Below are positions 46,401 through 59,715 of a DNA stretch of 64,000 nucleotides, piece by piece. The notes beneath the pieces are model-generated. The model did no database searches. It was given only the letters and a program-made list of their open reading frames with translations, and was not told where the DNA came from. Every line of letters begins with the position of its first letter. Within the stretch, counting starts at the first letter, position 1. Both the position numbers and the translations under genes were made by a program. The stretch is from NCBI GenBank assembly GCA_043228905.1, contig JBHGNT010000003.1, positions 20,088,001 through 20,152,000 on the forward strand. The letters are read 5' to 3'. Source of the DNA: Azolla caroliniana (Eukaryota; Plantae; Polypodiophyta).

Positions 46401-47440
46401 GGTAATCAACTGTGCTTTCCCCTCCTCCATGTGGGAAACATGTGAGCTCTTCCGAACCCAACCACTTGGCTAAGCCATTATATATGATCATTTGGTGTCT
46501 ACTTCCGAGTTCAAGCAGATGATGGCCAAAGCTTGTGGCATCCGCACATTGATCTTTTGATCTACGTGTTATGCCTATGGCTAAAGCCTGGTCAACATTC
46601 ACCATTTCCAGGTTTTTATCCATTTGAAATATTGTGCATTGTCGAGATTGGGTTCTCACATTGAAATCTCCTATAAGGAAGACTTCCCCTTGAGAAGAAT
46701 ATCGGATTATGTCATCCGATAAAGGTTCGTATGGAGAAGGCCCATGTGGCACTCCTTCATCAACTATACTCGCCTCTCCAACCATATTATACCGGGATCC
46801 TTTCAAGGGGAAGTAACAAATGGCGATAAATATCGCCTGATCCTTGCTAGTGAGGACTTTCACCCACATAAAACGGGCTTTTGGGTTTGTCCTTAGTATT
46901 TCTATCCTATTCTGTATCTCTCTCCAAAATAATATTGCAAACCCTCCAGACCCTCTGGTAGTGTGTCAACGTGAGGTTTGTCTAAAGTCAGATTCCCAAC
47001 GAAAACCTTCAACTCGTGACAATCCTTGATTTGGACTTTGATGTGTTTCTACTAAGAAAAGTATATCAAATACCTTCAAAATCTCCTCTAAACGGCCAAG
47101 ATGTGTCCAAAGTGCACCGTTACAATTCCATAAAGTCATCCTAATTTTATTGTCTATCACATGGGCCACACACCATCAACTGGCAGCGAGATCATTTATT
47201 ATCACTCGTCTGTTTTGGTAAAAGGCACGATGCCCTTCTTTACGAGCTTGTATGACTCGCGACATACAAGTTTTACGTTGCTCAATTTGCACCTTGGTAA
47301 GGTCCTTATCTAGGTAGATAGGGTCCCCACCTAGTCCTCAAAGAATTGGTCTTTTCTTGAAAAATGTGATTATAGATTTAGAGTCTTTAAATTGAAGGAC
47401 TAAAGCTCTCTTCCTAGTAGTGTCACGTCCGACCCTCCAA
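43426..47440 (-). mobile_element. 5'-truncated non-LTR retrotransposon (RTEX/RTE-like LINE), degenerate
   Basis: ORF1 tail (IYLDKDLT), APE endonuclease (WNCNG, VETH, GDFN, STVDY), RT (LLLYA.D, YLGV), C-terminal Cys/His region, 3' (TTTC)n tail. Confidence 0.9.
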
Positions 47441-47651
47441 GGAGAGAGAAAGAGAGATGCAAAGGAAGAAAAAGCCTCTCTTTTTCTTTGTGTTTTTTTT
47501 GGCTTCATATAAATGTGTATGTATGTATTATTTATTTACTTCACGAAAATGTTTGTTTATTTCGCTGGATACCTCCCTTCCCCCCCCCCCCCCCCCCCCC
47601 CCCCCCCACTTTTCTTTATTTCCCCAAAATGCCCCTATCCCAAAGAAGAGA
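47441..47651. repeat. Distal copy of the ~190-bp duplication, with an expanded poly-C run
   Basis: Aligns with 43236-43425. Confidence 0.92.
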
Positions 47652-47679
47652 GATCAAAGGGAAGAGTAAAATCACGCTT

Positions 47680-47945
47680 CTTCAAAAATGTGCAGTTTAG
47701 GTTTAGAATACATTTTAGAATTCTATACATGTATTCTACGTTTCAAAACCAACTGCCATTTTTAAATACTTTATGTATTCTACATATTTAACAAGTATCT
47801 AACGTTTCCAAAATGTTACAAGTTTAAAATTTTAAAAATGTAGGAAGTATTTATCACATTCTACACATTTCGATGTATATTATCTATAAAATACGTATTC
47901 CAAATCATTTAAAAAAATGTGTAGAATACTTTGATGAATATGGAG
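47680..47945. mobile_element. Old, degenerate relative of the hAT MITE family
   Basis: GTATTCTAC / AGAATAC motifs in the same arrangement as 48125-48463; no clear TIR. Confidence 0.55.
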
Positions 47946-47953
47946 ACATGTTA

Positions 47954-50860
47954 TGTAGAGGAAAGTGTGGACCTGTAGGTTAGTGTCAAGCAAACAACAC
48001 AGTAAAATAGATGAGCAGATATGTGCACTGCAAACAGAATCAAGAAGATGACACAAACAAACTGTTACACAGAAAGTTACCTCAAAGACAGACATTGTTA
48101 TTCCCACCCTAACTCTCTCTAAGACATAGTTGTTAAAAAACGTGTATTCTACGTCTAGAGTATGTTTTAGAATACTCTGAAGTATTCTACACGTAGTCTA
48201 CATTTTAGAACTGTTGTTTTTTAAAATTTGACGTATTCAACGTATTTAACAAGTATTTATCATTTCAAAAAATATTTTTTATTTTAAAAAAAACTTTAAA
48301 TTTAAAGAAGTATTTAACGTATTTTACAAGTATTGTACGCCTATTCTAAGTATTTAACGGATTTTATCTATAAAATACGTATTCTAAGTATTTTTTTAAA
48401 AAAGTTAGAATACTTAGAGTACGTATTCTACACGTATTTTATGCTAAGTATTTTACAACAATGCTCTATTACAATGACTTAGATGGGCTTTATATAATAA
48501 AGCCCTAACTTGGTCGTGTGTTCACACTAGAGATACAAATGGGTGGAGTCGGCCTTTTATGCCAACAAGCTCCCCCATAAAAGGACTACTCTATATGGGT
48601 ATACAATCTGTTGGGGTTATCTCCCCTGTAAACCTAGATTACAATTTGAATCTAAAGTTATGGTTGTATATAAAAGTGGATCGGCTTATGGCTGAATCAG
48701 TGGAGGATAAGTTTGAATCTAGCCTAATTCAGCTAGTGTTCGGATCTGGTATCGTTCAGATAGGCTTTCCGGATCAGCCGGATCGGATCGTGTCTGATTC
48801 CGGATTTCGACCTCTAGTCGTCCTTTGGTTCTCCACTTGCACTTGCATATGTGATCGGTCTTTGGCTCCAATTGCCCCACAATCGTCTCCTTTCCATTTG
48901 ACTTCCTCGCACATTAGCGTCCTTAGCCTCTCGACTTTGCGGCTTCTTTGGCTTTGCCTTTTCCGCCCATCCGGTCTGGCTAGTCTTCGACTTACCTATT
49001 GCTTTTGTTCGTTCGACCCTTTGTTGCTCGGTTGCTTGTCGTAGTTCCATATGCTCTCGTAGACCTCCGAAGTGTTATTCTAGGAGTGGCTTCATCAGGC
49101 TGTCAGCGATATTCACCTCGGTATCTATCTTCTGAACTTCGAGATTTTTCTCTCTTACGAGCTCCCGGATGTGATGGTACCACACCTCAATATGCTTCGT
49201 TTTAGCATGGTAAATCGGATTCCGGATGAGGTGTATTGTGCTTTGTGAGTCGCAATGTAGGGTCGGTGTCAGATGGTCGATTTGGCTTTTGGCCAAAAAA
49301 TCAGCTGACAGTAAGTGCATCCAGATCACTTCCTTGGCTGCCTCCGAAGCGGCTATGTATTCGGCCTCTATTGTCGAGAGGGTCCTAGAGTCTTGAACCT
49401 TCGACCTCTAGGATATGGCTCCGTCGCCATAAGTGAATATGTAGCCAGACGTGGATCTCCGATTATCCAGATTGATAGGATACTCAAAATCCGTGTAGCC
49501 TTCGACTTCGATCGGATTGTTCGATTCGATTGTCAGCTACATATCTTCGGTTCCTCATAGGTACATGAAGATGTTCTTCACAACTTCCCAGTGCTTCCGT
49601 CCGAGATTGGACATGTACCAACTAACGACCCCTACAACATATGCAAGGTCGGGTCAGGTCTCCACCATTGCGTACATAATACTTCCTATGGCCGATGATT
49701 AGGGTATGCTACTTGTGAGTTCCCTCTCTTCATCTGTCAAAAGAGAGTCTTTGTATGATAGTTGATACAATGTCGGAAGCAAAGTCAGTGTTGGCTTCGC
49801 GTTCTCCATGTTGAATTGCCCTCAACACCTTCCGGATGTAGTCATACTAGGAGAGTCGGAGGGTCTTTGCCGTCCGATTTTGCTCTATCCGCGTGCCCAA
49901 TATATGGCGGGCTTGTCCAAGCTCCTTCATCATGAATTTCTCATGAAGGCTCTGTTTTAGCTTTTCGATTTCGGCTCAATCCTTACTAGCAATGAGCATG
50001 TCGTCAACATATAGGATCAGATGGATTCGGAACTTGTCGGCCAGTTGCCGAATATACATACATGGATCAAAGTTCGATCAATTGTAACTAAGTTGCCAAA
50101 TGTAGGTATCAAATTTCTGATACCACATTCGCAGCACTTGCGTTAGGCCATACAAGCTCTTCTTCAACTTATAGACAAAGTGGCCTTACTCCCCCGTCGT
50201 CGTGAAGCCAACCAGTTGAGACATGTAAATGTCTTCGTCAAGATCTTCGTGTAGGAAGGTTGTCTTGACATAGAGTTGTTCAAGCTCTAAGTCTTCCATC
50301 GCCACAACCCCGAGTAGGAGCTTGAGGGTGGTCATCTTGACTACACGAGAGAAGATCTTGCCATAACCAGCCCCGTGTTCTTGCTTAAACCCTTTGGCAA
50401 CAAGACGAGTTTTGTACTTAGATTGTTCCGAACCGGATACGTACTTGTATCGGTAGACCCACTTACAAGGCAACGGTTTCCGTGCAACTGGTAGTTCGAC
50501 CAACTCCCATGTGTTATTTTCGTTGATCGAGTTCATCTTAGATCGAATGGCTTCTAGCCATGTGTCGACGGCCGATGCAACTATAACTTTCTCATAGGAG
50601 CTTGGTTTGCCTGCATCCATGTAATGAACGTAGTCAAGACCTGGTTGATAAAACTCTGTCAGCCTACGGACTCGTCCGGATCTTTTTGTTGCCAATTTTT
50701 TTGGTTCATATTCTTCGATAAACGTGTGTTGCTGATAGACATTTTTTGAACCATTTTCATAAGGAGTTTGTTGAGGTGATCTATTGTGGCAATTGTTATG
50801 CGTTTGTGTCAGATCATCCTCTCCTCGGGAGTGATTGACCGGTGTTTTGATGCCTTAGTT
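47954..50860 (-). mobile_element. 5'-truncated Copia element: RT-RNase H, PPT and 3' LTR (47954-48567)
   Basis: WELVELP..CKWVY..YKTRLVAKGF, HAKTKHIEV; PPT GGGGGAGCT at 48568-48576; LTR TG..CA interrupted by a MITE. Confidence 0.85.
48125..48463. mobile_element. hAT-type MITE inserted in the Copia LTR
   Basis: TIRs CATAGTTGTTAAAA / TTTTACAACAATG; 8-bp TSD CTCTAAGA / CTCTATTA (6 of 8); reverse-complement homolog of 27394-27792. Confidence 0.85.
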
Positions 50861-51228
50861 GGTTCTTATTGATTTTTGCCTACACCGTATCTATTTCTTA
50901 CTGATATCTGTCTACCAATCTACAACGGACGAAGTACACAAAGGTGGCAATAAAACCTTAAATGGACAAAACATTGAATTCTCTCACTCATTATTTTTAT
51001 CACTAGTATCCAAAACAAGAGAAAGTAACCAAGACCTTCACTGTTGAACACAACAATAGCCATGAAGATATTGCATTAAATCAATTAAAAATAGATTCCA
51101 TGCATTACATGATACTAATAGACTATTTCAGTAAAACCAATTTTCCAGTTTTGGCAGTTATACCATATCAGTGGATTGGTTTCTTGCCTTTCAGTAAACC
51201 AAACTGGTTCAAAATTTTCTCGTGATGA

Positions 51229-51707
51229 TCAGTAAATTGGTTTCTTGCCATTCAGCAAGTCAAGCAAGTAGTCCAAGATTCGCTCACCATCCTCACGTAA
51301 ACCAGAATGCATATACTCGTTAGTTACCCATAACCTAGCTCCAGCAATCTCATTTGCTGTTTCTTCTGATATACGAAAGTCGACATACATATCTTCATAA
51401 TATGCTACTGCAGCTACTGGCACCTGAAAAGAATAGAAAGAAATGCCACTTCATCAAGACAAACTAAATGCTGCTTGGAGAAACAGAAGCTTCAATGCAA
51501 TTGAGGCAGTCAAAAAAAATGTTAGTGATGACATGCGTGCAAATGTGGCCTATATGCTCTTCATAGGGAATATATACTGCTTTTCTTGAGATAACGCTAT
51601 CCAAGTGATTAGCAGGATTTTTCACTGAAAACCAGGGTTCTCTACTTCATCTGAGAAGACAAAAAAGTACAGGTAGCCATTACATTCAATACATATGCAT
51701 GTGTAAG

Positions 51708-51741
<34 letters not shown>

Positions 51742-54700
51742 ATATACACATCTGAAGACATACAGGCAACCAAGACTTGGAAATGATACAGAACAATGGA
51801 CCTGTGATCATGGACAAAAAAACTTTTAGAGCTTCTTTTTAGTGTAGCAAACTAACAGATATAACACCAGTCATGGCTAGTGGAAAAGTCATCCTTAACA
51901 GACTAATTTACTCTTTTGCTTCTGTTAGAAACTAAAGATATGAAAGTTTTGGCAATCTACATTTCAATTTGGAAAGGACAAATAAGATATGAAAGTTTTA
52001 GTAAGATCATGGAAGTAATGTGGTCGCAATTAACAAAAAACATACAGCAAATCTTATTTATGAAAACCTAAAAATCAGATGCTTACTCTGTTTGCATTTA
52101 GAGCTTGTCTGTCATATAACACAGGCCAATCTTCTTTGGCTGCTAAGATAGCAGCTGCCTCCTTTAATGGAGCTAAAGCACTAAACTCATCAAACATCCA
52201 TGGAAATACCATCTGCTTCAAACAAGCTGCCGATAGGTTATGTTCATATTGCATTAACCAATTTCCATCATTCTATTCATGTTGATAAAACAGACCTCTC
52301 CTGTGAAAAAAACAGGTCTTCCATCCTTTGCGGCCTTCAATGCATTGAAGTATCTTTCAAATTCATTTCGTACTCTGTGAGCAGCCCAATTAGATGCAGC
52401 ACCCTGAAAGGATATTCATTGACACTACAAATTACTATCCTTCCATTAAATGCCTCATGCACAATACATTTCTTAGACACACTGTGATGATATACCTGGC
52501 AATATATTGATTCATGCATCAACGCATACAATGGGTTTGTATCGAAAGAGAGCCAATTCTCACACTGGACATTAGACTTGAAATCAGCATGCTGACATCA
52601 TATACTTCAATAAGTAAATGCATCCATAAGTATTAATTACCTTCCGAAGGAAAGAACTACTAAGTTTCCTTTGGGACCCAGGCACAATCACAGGGTCCCA
52701 TGCTGTCTCTAGCCTGCAGTTTCTTGGGCATCAGTTTTTCCAGAAGCTTATCATGATATGCAAAATAGAATCTATTAAAGGGAGGAAACCATACAAATGA
52801 TAAAGGCGTTCAAAGCCTCCACTTGAACCTAATCCAGACAATCCTAAAAGTTGCAGACCACAAGAGCTTAATTTACCGCCTGTTGGTAAGTCCACCTGCC
52901 ACCAAATAAAAGGAAGAACACATGAACAGTTTGAAATTACTCTTTCATGCGACTTTGAGAACAGTAAGTTGTCGAACATGCATTCTACAAATATTTCAAT
53001 ACTACATACTATTTCCCTTTGATATGTAGAAGGCTAGACTGTAATCAAAGTTTTGGAAATTAGCCTTTTCTGATAGCTAAAACCCACATGGTCCACTGGA
53101 TTGATCCCATCCATATGCCCATGTACTCACCCTGGACCAGACCATGTTGGAGATCTTTTAAAGACAAATTATCTAATGGGAATACCAAATAACTTAGGCA
53201 GTTTTAATTAATCTCGTTATATTTGTTCTCCAAAATGAGACAGTATTTTAAAATGTGATCTCTCATTCAGTCTCATATGCCAATCTGGCCTCTTAAAATA
53301 TATTAGTATATCTTCTTCTTTTTTATGAAAACAATAAAAGAAATGGTTTAAGTATGCCGAAGTATGTTCTTAGATGTTTATGACAATGTATTAGAGAGAG
53401 ACCATTCCTCCAGCATTGTGAAGATGCAAGACAATTTCCTGAACTGTCTTAACAGCGTCTGGGAAACGGCTGTAGAACTTCTTATTCTGCTTGATTACAT
53501 GTTTGAAACAGTTACGATACACAAGTTCTGCTGTGCAGCCTGAACCAATGGGTGGAAGACCACCAGTAAGCAGCACCTGTTTCAGCCCAGATGGAGCCAA
53601 ACTGAGATATGTAACTGCACAGAATCCACCAAAGCTCTGCAAAATACAAGATGTAAGTGTATTTAAGAACAAGCTTAGATTCCAACATAGGAAGATGATT
53701 GAGTATTTCAAATCAGTCAAATTTCTGTATAAAAGAAAAGAGAACACAAACCTGTCCAAGCACAGTCCAAGGCTCTTTGGAAGGAACTAAAATATTTCTC
53801 AAATATTCAGCATCTTTTACAATACTATCAGCTCGAAAATGTTGTAGATAATCCGCCTGTTCTTGGGCAGATGGAAATTGACCCAAAGACGAAGTACTTA
53901 ATGGAGTTGACAACCCTGTGCCTCTCTGTAACCCCCAAAAGAACCCATCAGAAATCCTGGTAATCATATTCTAAATGGTAAGATATTCAAAAAAGGATTC
54001 AGAGCATGCTTGGTCTAGAAGGAAGACACGAAATTCCTTGCAAGCTCTCTTTAGCCAAGCCCCAGCTTCTGAAGGACGAGGACTTTCGAAACCTGGACCC
54101 CCTTGCAAGAACAATAAGCAAGGCATTTGGTGTTCCTGTTTTCCAGCTTTCAATCCATTGGAAAACAAAAACAAGTTTAGAAAGTGAGCAGGCTCATGTA
54201 TAATTATGCCTTTCTTTCACTAGATAAAATTTGCAAACAGTAACACAGAGAATAATATAAATTCTATGAATCATGATCCAGAAGTCTGTGCCACCCTTCA
54301 AACTAGCGCTTCCCTTCTAACCAGCTCTAGTATTGTAGCATGTTGTAGACAAAACCAGCCAATGCATTGCTCTAGACTAAACACCACATGGCAGAGTTTC
54401 CATTTCTCCATGCAACAGACAACAATAACACACTCATCATCAACATAGACTTTGAAAAAGTTATAATATACATTGCTTTTGCCTTCCACGAAAAAACAAT
54501 ATTCAGTTTCCCGTTTTACACAACCTTTATGCACAAATTTTAGCTTCCTCATTGGCACTTGAGATCATTACAAGGCAGAATTGATTGGTCATAAGAATAC
54601 ACAACAATGTGAATCATAAAGGAGTGTCCATGTCTGAGCTTAATGAATGTCTGGCCGAATACAAAGAATATTTTTGTTAAAATAATCAGTCGCTACCCTG

Positions 54701-57342
54701 CCTTGTCCCTGAAGGGTGACCCTTGTATTAAATTGCCAGCTTAAGTGAATTCAAATATCTAGGAAATCTTATCAGTGCTACTATTGTAATTCAAATAGTC
54801 ACAACAGGCCTTTTCCATAATGCATATTAGGCGTTGATGGTATTTCTCATGAGCTAAACTTATGCAGACCGCCAACTATCGAGATATCAAAAGACATACA
54901 CTTTTATGAGAGAGTATCAAGAAACTTTAGGCCCTGAGAGGAATCTGACAAGATGGCCAGCACCATTGGAGTAAATAAGGATGTCCTAAGCACCCACTGT
55001 CTTTGGACTATACATCAATGATATTTCAGATAGATTGGTGAATCTAGTGCAATTCTCGTCAGGGTATTTAATATACATACTTTCTCTATGAAAATGCTTA
55101 TCCCTGAAGGGCACAAAAAAACATCTAGATGTTCTACTTGCATTTAGGGAAGAAAGCAATATTATTAAGACCCTTGACATAATCAAGCTTAAAATGTTTT
55201 ATAATAAGTCACATATGACTAGATAGGTTGGATCATTAGATTTTATTTAGAGGGAAGCCAGTATAGTACACCAAGTCATACGTATATTTGGGAACCACCT
55301 TCACAGGATCCTTCCCTGAAAGAGGCATCCACTGGCAGATTCTCTAGAAGTGTGCAACTTGGGGAACATGTTTTTATGTGCAGTTCCAGGTATCATGCAC
55401 CAAGCCGTAGTTGTTCAATACATTGGTCACACCCACACAAGTCAAATTGTATTCATCAAGCTTCACAGGGTTCTTTCACCAGAATTTGTCCCTGATTGAA
55501 TGTTCAAAAGCCCGTTATATTGGGTGAAGGAATCTTTTTTCATTTGCCATTTTTTTTACTTCTCTTTTGCTTTATTTCTGTTTTTTCCTCAGAAAGAAAG
55601 AAAGATATATTAACGTCTTTTTGGCGCAGAGAGTGGACGGGCATGAGTCAGCAGATGATGTGAATGAGAATGGTGAAATGACACCCTATTTTCTTTTTCT
55701 CCACCCTGCATGATGCTTCTATAACTATTCAGCTCATTTGTAAAAGCCCCTATATGGCTTCTCATTAAAGCCATTAAAAAGTCTTAAATAAAACTTGAGA
55801 AGGCTTTAATAAGATGAACTTCAGCCCTTAAAGCCTCCTCTTTCCTTTGCACATCCCTTTCATCCTTCGAACACATGTTTCATTTTTCATTTTGCTTGCA
55901 TTCTAATTCTTAGATTCGGGGACATCACAATCATTTTTATTGCTATGGATATGGATGCACTTTCCCCAGTTGAGTATAGACTATTGTCCATTTTTGGATA
56001 TGTCTAAGTCAAAGAGAAATAAAGTTATGAGAACAGATATCATTAAAGTAGGCATAAAACGAACTTGGATATACCTAACAGGTCAGTTAGGCACAACCTA
56101 ACCAATTATAAGTCTTTACATATGTCTCTAAATGGTTTCATTATTCAATCCAAGTTTATGCAGAAACACATGTCACATGCTTTTTGCACAAGGACAGGAC
56201 AGGTCCAGACATCATCTCATTCAAGGATATATACCAGACCATGGCATTGCCCAGTCTATTATGAGTCGGAGGAAGATAGCATGTGTCTTGTTAGAGAAGG
56301 ATTTGAACATCTTTGCAGAGTATGTATGGAGTGCACTGATTGAAGATGCTTTGAGCTCTTTCTTATTAAGATAAGGATGCATAGATAAATCCACTTCAGA
56401 GAGAGGTCCACAATCACATATCCACCCAGGCATATCTTTGACATTTCTTCCACAGGGATACTACCAGGGACACTATTGATGATGTTACATGTACAAGCAA
56501 CCAACCAGACTGACTGAAGTTACAACTTAGAGGACTGAAGACAACTAGAGTCATAGCTCCTTTTTAACATCACTATGCCAGCTTTGACCATGACCCCAAT
56601 GTTTATACCTTTATCGCTTCAAAGTCATCATCACATGCCATCTTAGAAGTCTTCCTTGTCACTTCAACCTTTCCGTATTGAATCACCACAACATGGATAC
56701 TTTCTGAGGTTGACAATTTCAGTCCAAATGAGCAATTTCACTTCTAACGATCAGACACTAAACTTACATTTCAAGCTGTTAAGTTTTAGGACGCCAGAGT
56801 GGAATAATAGAATAAACAGTTGTATATTTATCAGGTTTCAAAAGTCATTATGGTTCGTTTATATATCTTTCTTACTTTCTTTCTGAATTCAAGAACTATA
56901 CGGTGCTTAATTGATCTTGTTCTTTAACACAGTTTTTGCTGGATTTGGGGATTCACTACATCCCCTGCCATTCAATGGTTTTCATACATGGAAAAATATT
57001 GACTCTTGTTATATGCTTGATACCCCTACTTGCATCAGAGGTGATACCATCTCCTTTTGCCAGTAGAGATCTTCTCCACCAGAATTACTGTTGCTGGGGC
57101 ATACATAAAGCAGGAAAAGAGTGTAGTTATGCAGGCTTTAGTGATCAGTAGCTCACTCACTTTCTGTAACTTCTCTCACAAAAAGTGTGATATGAGTTGA
57201 ATCAGTTGATGCATGATTTAATGGCACAGGTATGTGATAATCCCGAAATGATAGGTGTGGCACTTCATACCATCGGCCAGTATGACTAGTATTAGAGCCA
57301 CTGTTCCATTCTATCACTTTCTCCATTGCTATTCCTTTGGAT
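51229..57342 (-). CDS. Proline iminopeptidase / prolyl aminopeptidase (S33 alpha/beta hydrolase, At3g61540-like); exons 57161-57342, 54010-54146, 53752-53925, 53403-53636, 52795-52895, 52641-52713, 52496-52564, 52296-52403, 52087-52212, 51229-51423
   Basis: LQGGPGFE, LDQRGTG, FRADSIV.DAE, nucleophile GQSFGG, YYEDMYV, NEYMHSGLR; exons join in frame; an acceptor before 57342 implies a further upstream exon. Confidence 0.92.
55591..55660 (-). mobile_element. Short 3'-end fragment of the same LINE group, in an intron
   Basis: GAAAGAAAGAAAGATATATTAACGTCTT is identical to the LINE tail at ~43424-43451. Confidence 0.7.
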
Positions 57343-57562
57343 CTGTCAAACATAAAATATTATGAGTTAGCTGCTAAGCTTCTTGTAACTATTTTTATTT
57401 TAGAAGATTATTTAACTCCATAAGAATAATGCTTTTCTCATAACTATTTGCTTTTTCTTGTGAAACTGATGCATGGATATCCAATTTATAGACAGCATTA
57501 AAAATAGGGGACGTCTACACCCACAGCCCCAAATTTCTATGTACACTCCTTTCATATAGATA

Positions 57563-57674
57563 ATGGGATTATTTAGCTACTTTTATTTTTACTTACTTTT
57601 TTACTTAGTTACATCTATATTTTGGATTAATCTCTTGTTTGGTCTTATCGGCCATTTTGAGCACTTGAGGATGT

Positions 57675-57722
<48 letters not shown>
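57563..57722 (+). mobile_element. LINE 3'-end fragment with (CT)n tail (array unit A)
   Basis: TAATCTCTTGTTTGGTCTTAT.GGCCATTTTG shared with 59647-59678. Confidence 0.75.
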
Positions 57723-57725
<3 letters not shown>

Positions 57726-59715
57726 TTGACACTGTGCCACATGCTCGGCATATGAAGTGGCTAGAAGCTCTTGGTGTTCCTACAGATATGCAATGGGGAA
57801 TCTATGCACTCTATGAATCTGTGTCAGGGAAAGTGCGGTCTTCCAAGGGTTTGTCAGAGGCGGTAGCTAGCACAATCAAAGTGAAGCAAGGATGCCCACT
57901 ATCACTCACTCTCTTCGGTCTCTATATAGATGAGGTATCACATTACATAGAGAGATTTGGGGGTTCAGGAGCACGCCCAACAGGTATAGCTATACAAATA
58001 TTACTATATGCTGATTTCTGACTCTGTGGAGGGACTACAAAGACATCTAAATGCCTTAAAACTATTTTGTACAGACAAAGGTTTGTCAAACAACATGGAT
58101 AAAACTAAAATGGTGGTGTTTAACACCACTCAAGCATGGGTAACAAGATCAGAACCGGAATTCTTCTTGGTAAAGGAAAAGGTGGAATACACACACTCCT
58201 ACACATACCTAGGAGTAACATTTACATGGCCTAGGTTCTCTTTACATGAGGCTGCTTGTGCTCGACTTTCTCGTGGATATGCATCCCTTAGTGCTTTCGA
58301 AAGACAATGTGCACATTTGCAGTTCCAAGAGCCACGAACTAACCTGTGGTTATTTGATACACTTGTCACACCAACTCTTCTCTATGGAGTAGAAAAATGG
58401 GGACCGAGTCTTAACAAGGCAAATCATTGGAAAGATTTAGACCTTTAGTGTCAATGATTGCTCGCATGATAAGGAGCAAAGCGTCGGTGCCCCACGATAT
58501 AATCCGGGCAGAGATGGGAGCAGCACCTATAATCACCGAGGCATTGTTCCGATAAGTGACATTTATCCAACGTCTTTGGGAGCTCCCTAAACGAAGGTAC
58601 CCAAGGTTGCACTTATGTCATCAAGACAACTAGCTGAAAATGGAGACATTCATTGTTGGTATGCTAAAATGCAGCAATGGTTCGAGTCACATGGCATGAG
58701 TATAAATGCACTACCCCCATTCCAATATAGCTTGGACTGTCCCCATCTAAATATGACCAAAGTGGAAAAGAATAGAGTGATCCGAACTGATATTATTAAC
58801 TTGGAAAACAAGATAACATGGATCAACTCTAAAATACCACTTGGTACAAAGATGGCCCACTATAAGACACGCTGCTTACACACATCGGAGGATGGATTCA
58901 TCATCAGGCCACCTTATATGGACATACATCTATCCTATGCGCTCCGTAGTGTGATAGGCCAACTTCGAACTTCATCACATCAGTTACAGATTGAGGTAGG
59001 CAGATATATACGACTACCTCTAGAATAGAGGACTTGCCAATTGTGTCATCAAGGAGTGGAATCCAAAGAACACTATGTTTGTCACTGTAGTGTCTTTTAT
59101 GAAATCAAAGGGAGATACCATTGCCTCTTTAAACAAGGCTTTGGCCCACTACGCAAGGTGGAGCTCAAGAGACATCGGGAAAAGTTGTTGAAGAATACAA
59201 CCACACAAGCTCATCCACGAAGAACAATCACAATTTTCTTTAGCCCCATCACTCCTACTAATGCTACAAGTCAATCACGGGATACACAAATGGGCTCCCG
59301 ACCAGGACATAGCAAAGGGGTTACAATTGATTGGGCAATAGCAATTTGTCGTGCACGTAAGCCCCGGCCCCATGGACCCCGACCTCGACACCCTTGTCAT
59401 CGACAGATAAAAGCCATTATCTCCCGCCATCGCAGGTGTTTCGCTTCGGAGACATTTCCATTCTGGATTGACCTATGCTAGAGATCTTTCGAAGACAAAA
59501 GCTACAATATATCTAGCTTGAGAATCTCACATGTGCCGAAAACCAGATTCCCTCGTCTCTTTTTATCTTATATACTTTTATATTTACGGGGTATTATTTA
59601 CTTCTTCTTTTTTGTTGTTCTCAAAGACGAGAAAACACTTAAGATGTAATCTCTTGTTTGGTCTTATAGGCCATTTTGGCCTCGTAAAAGACATTAATAT
59701 TTCTTTCTTTCTCTC
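57723..59715 (+). mobile_element. 5'-truncated RTEX/RTE-like LINE (array unit B)
   Basis: FDTV, VKQGCPLS.TLFGLYID, LLYAD, YLGV, LRTSSHQLQIEVGR..CQLCH..E..EHYVCHC, 3' (TTTC)/(CT) tail. Confidence 0.92.

Noticed and set aside
43236-47651. Reading the 190-bp direct repeats as LTRs
   Set aside because: No TG..CA ends, PBS or PPT; the interior encodes APE and a non-LTR RT with a 3' tail abutting the repeat
55280-56520. Possible decayed transposon coding fragments in the large intron
   Set aside because: No motif could be identified with confidence by eye
51229-57342. Recent bacterial gene transfer of the aminopeptidase
   Set aside because: Many spliceosomal introns and a known plant gene family; nothing indicates a recent transfer
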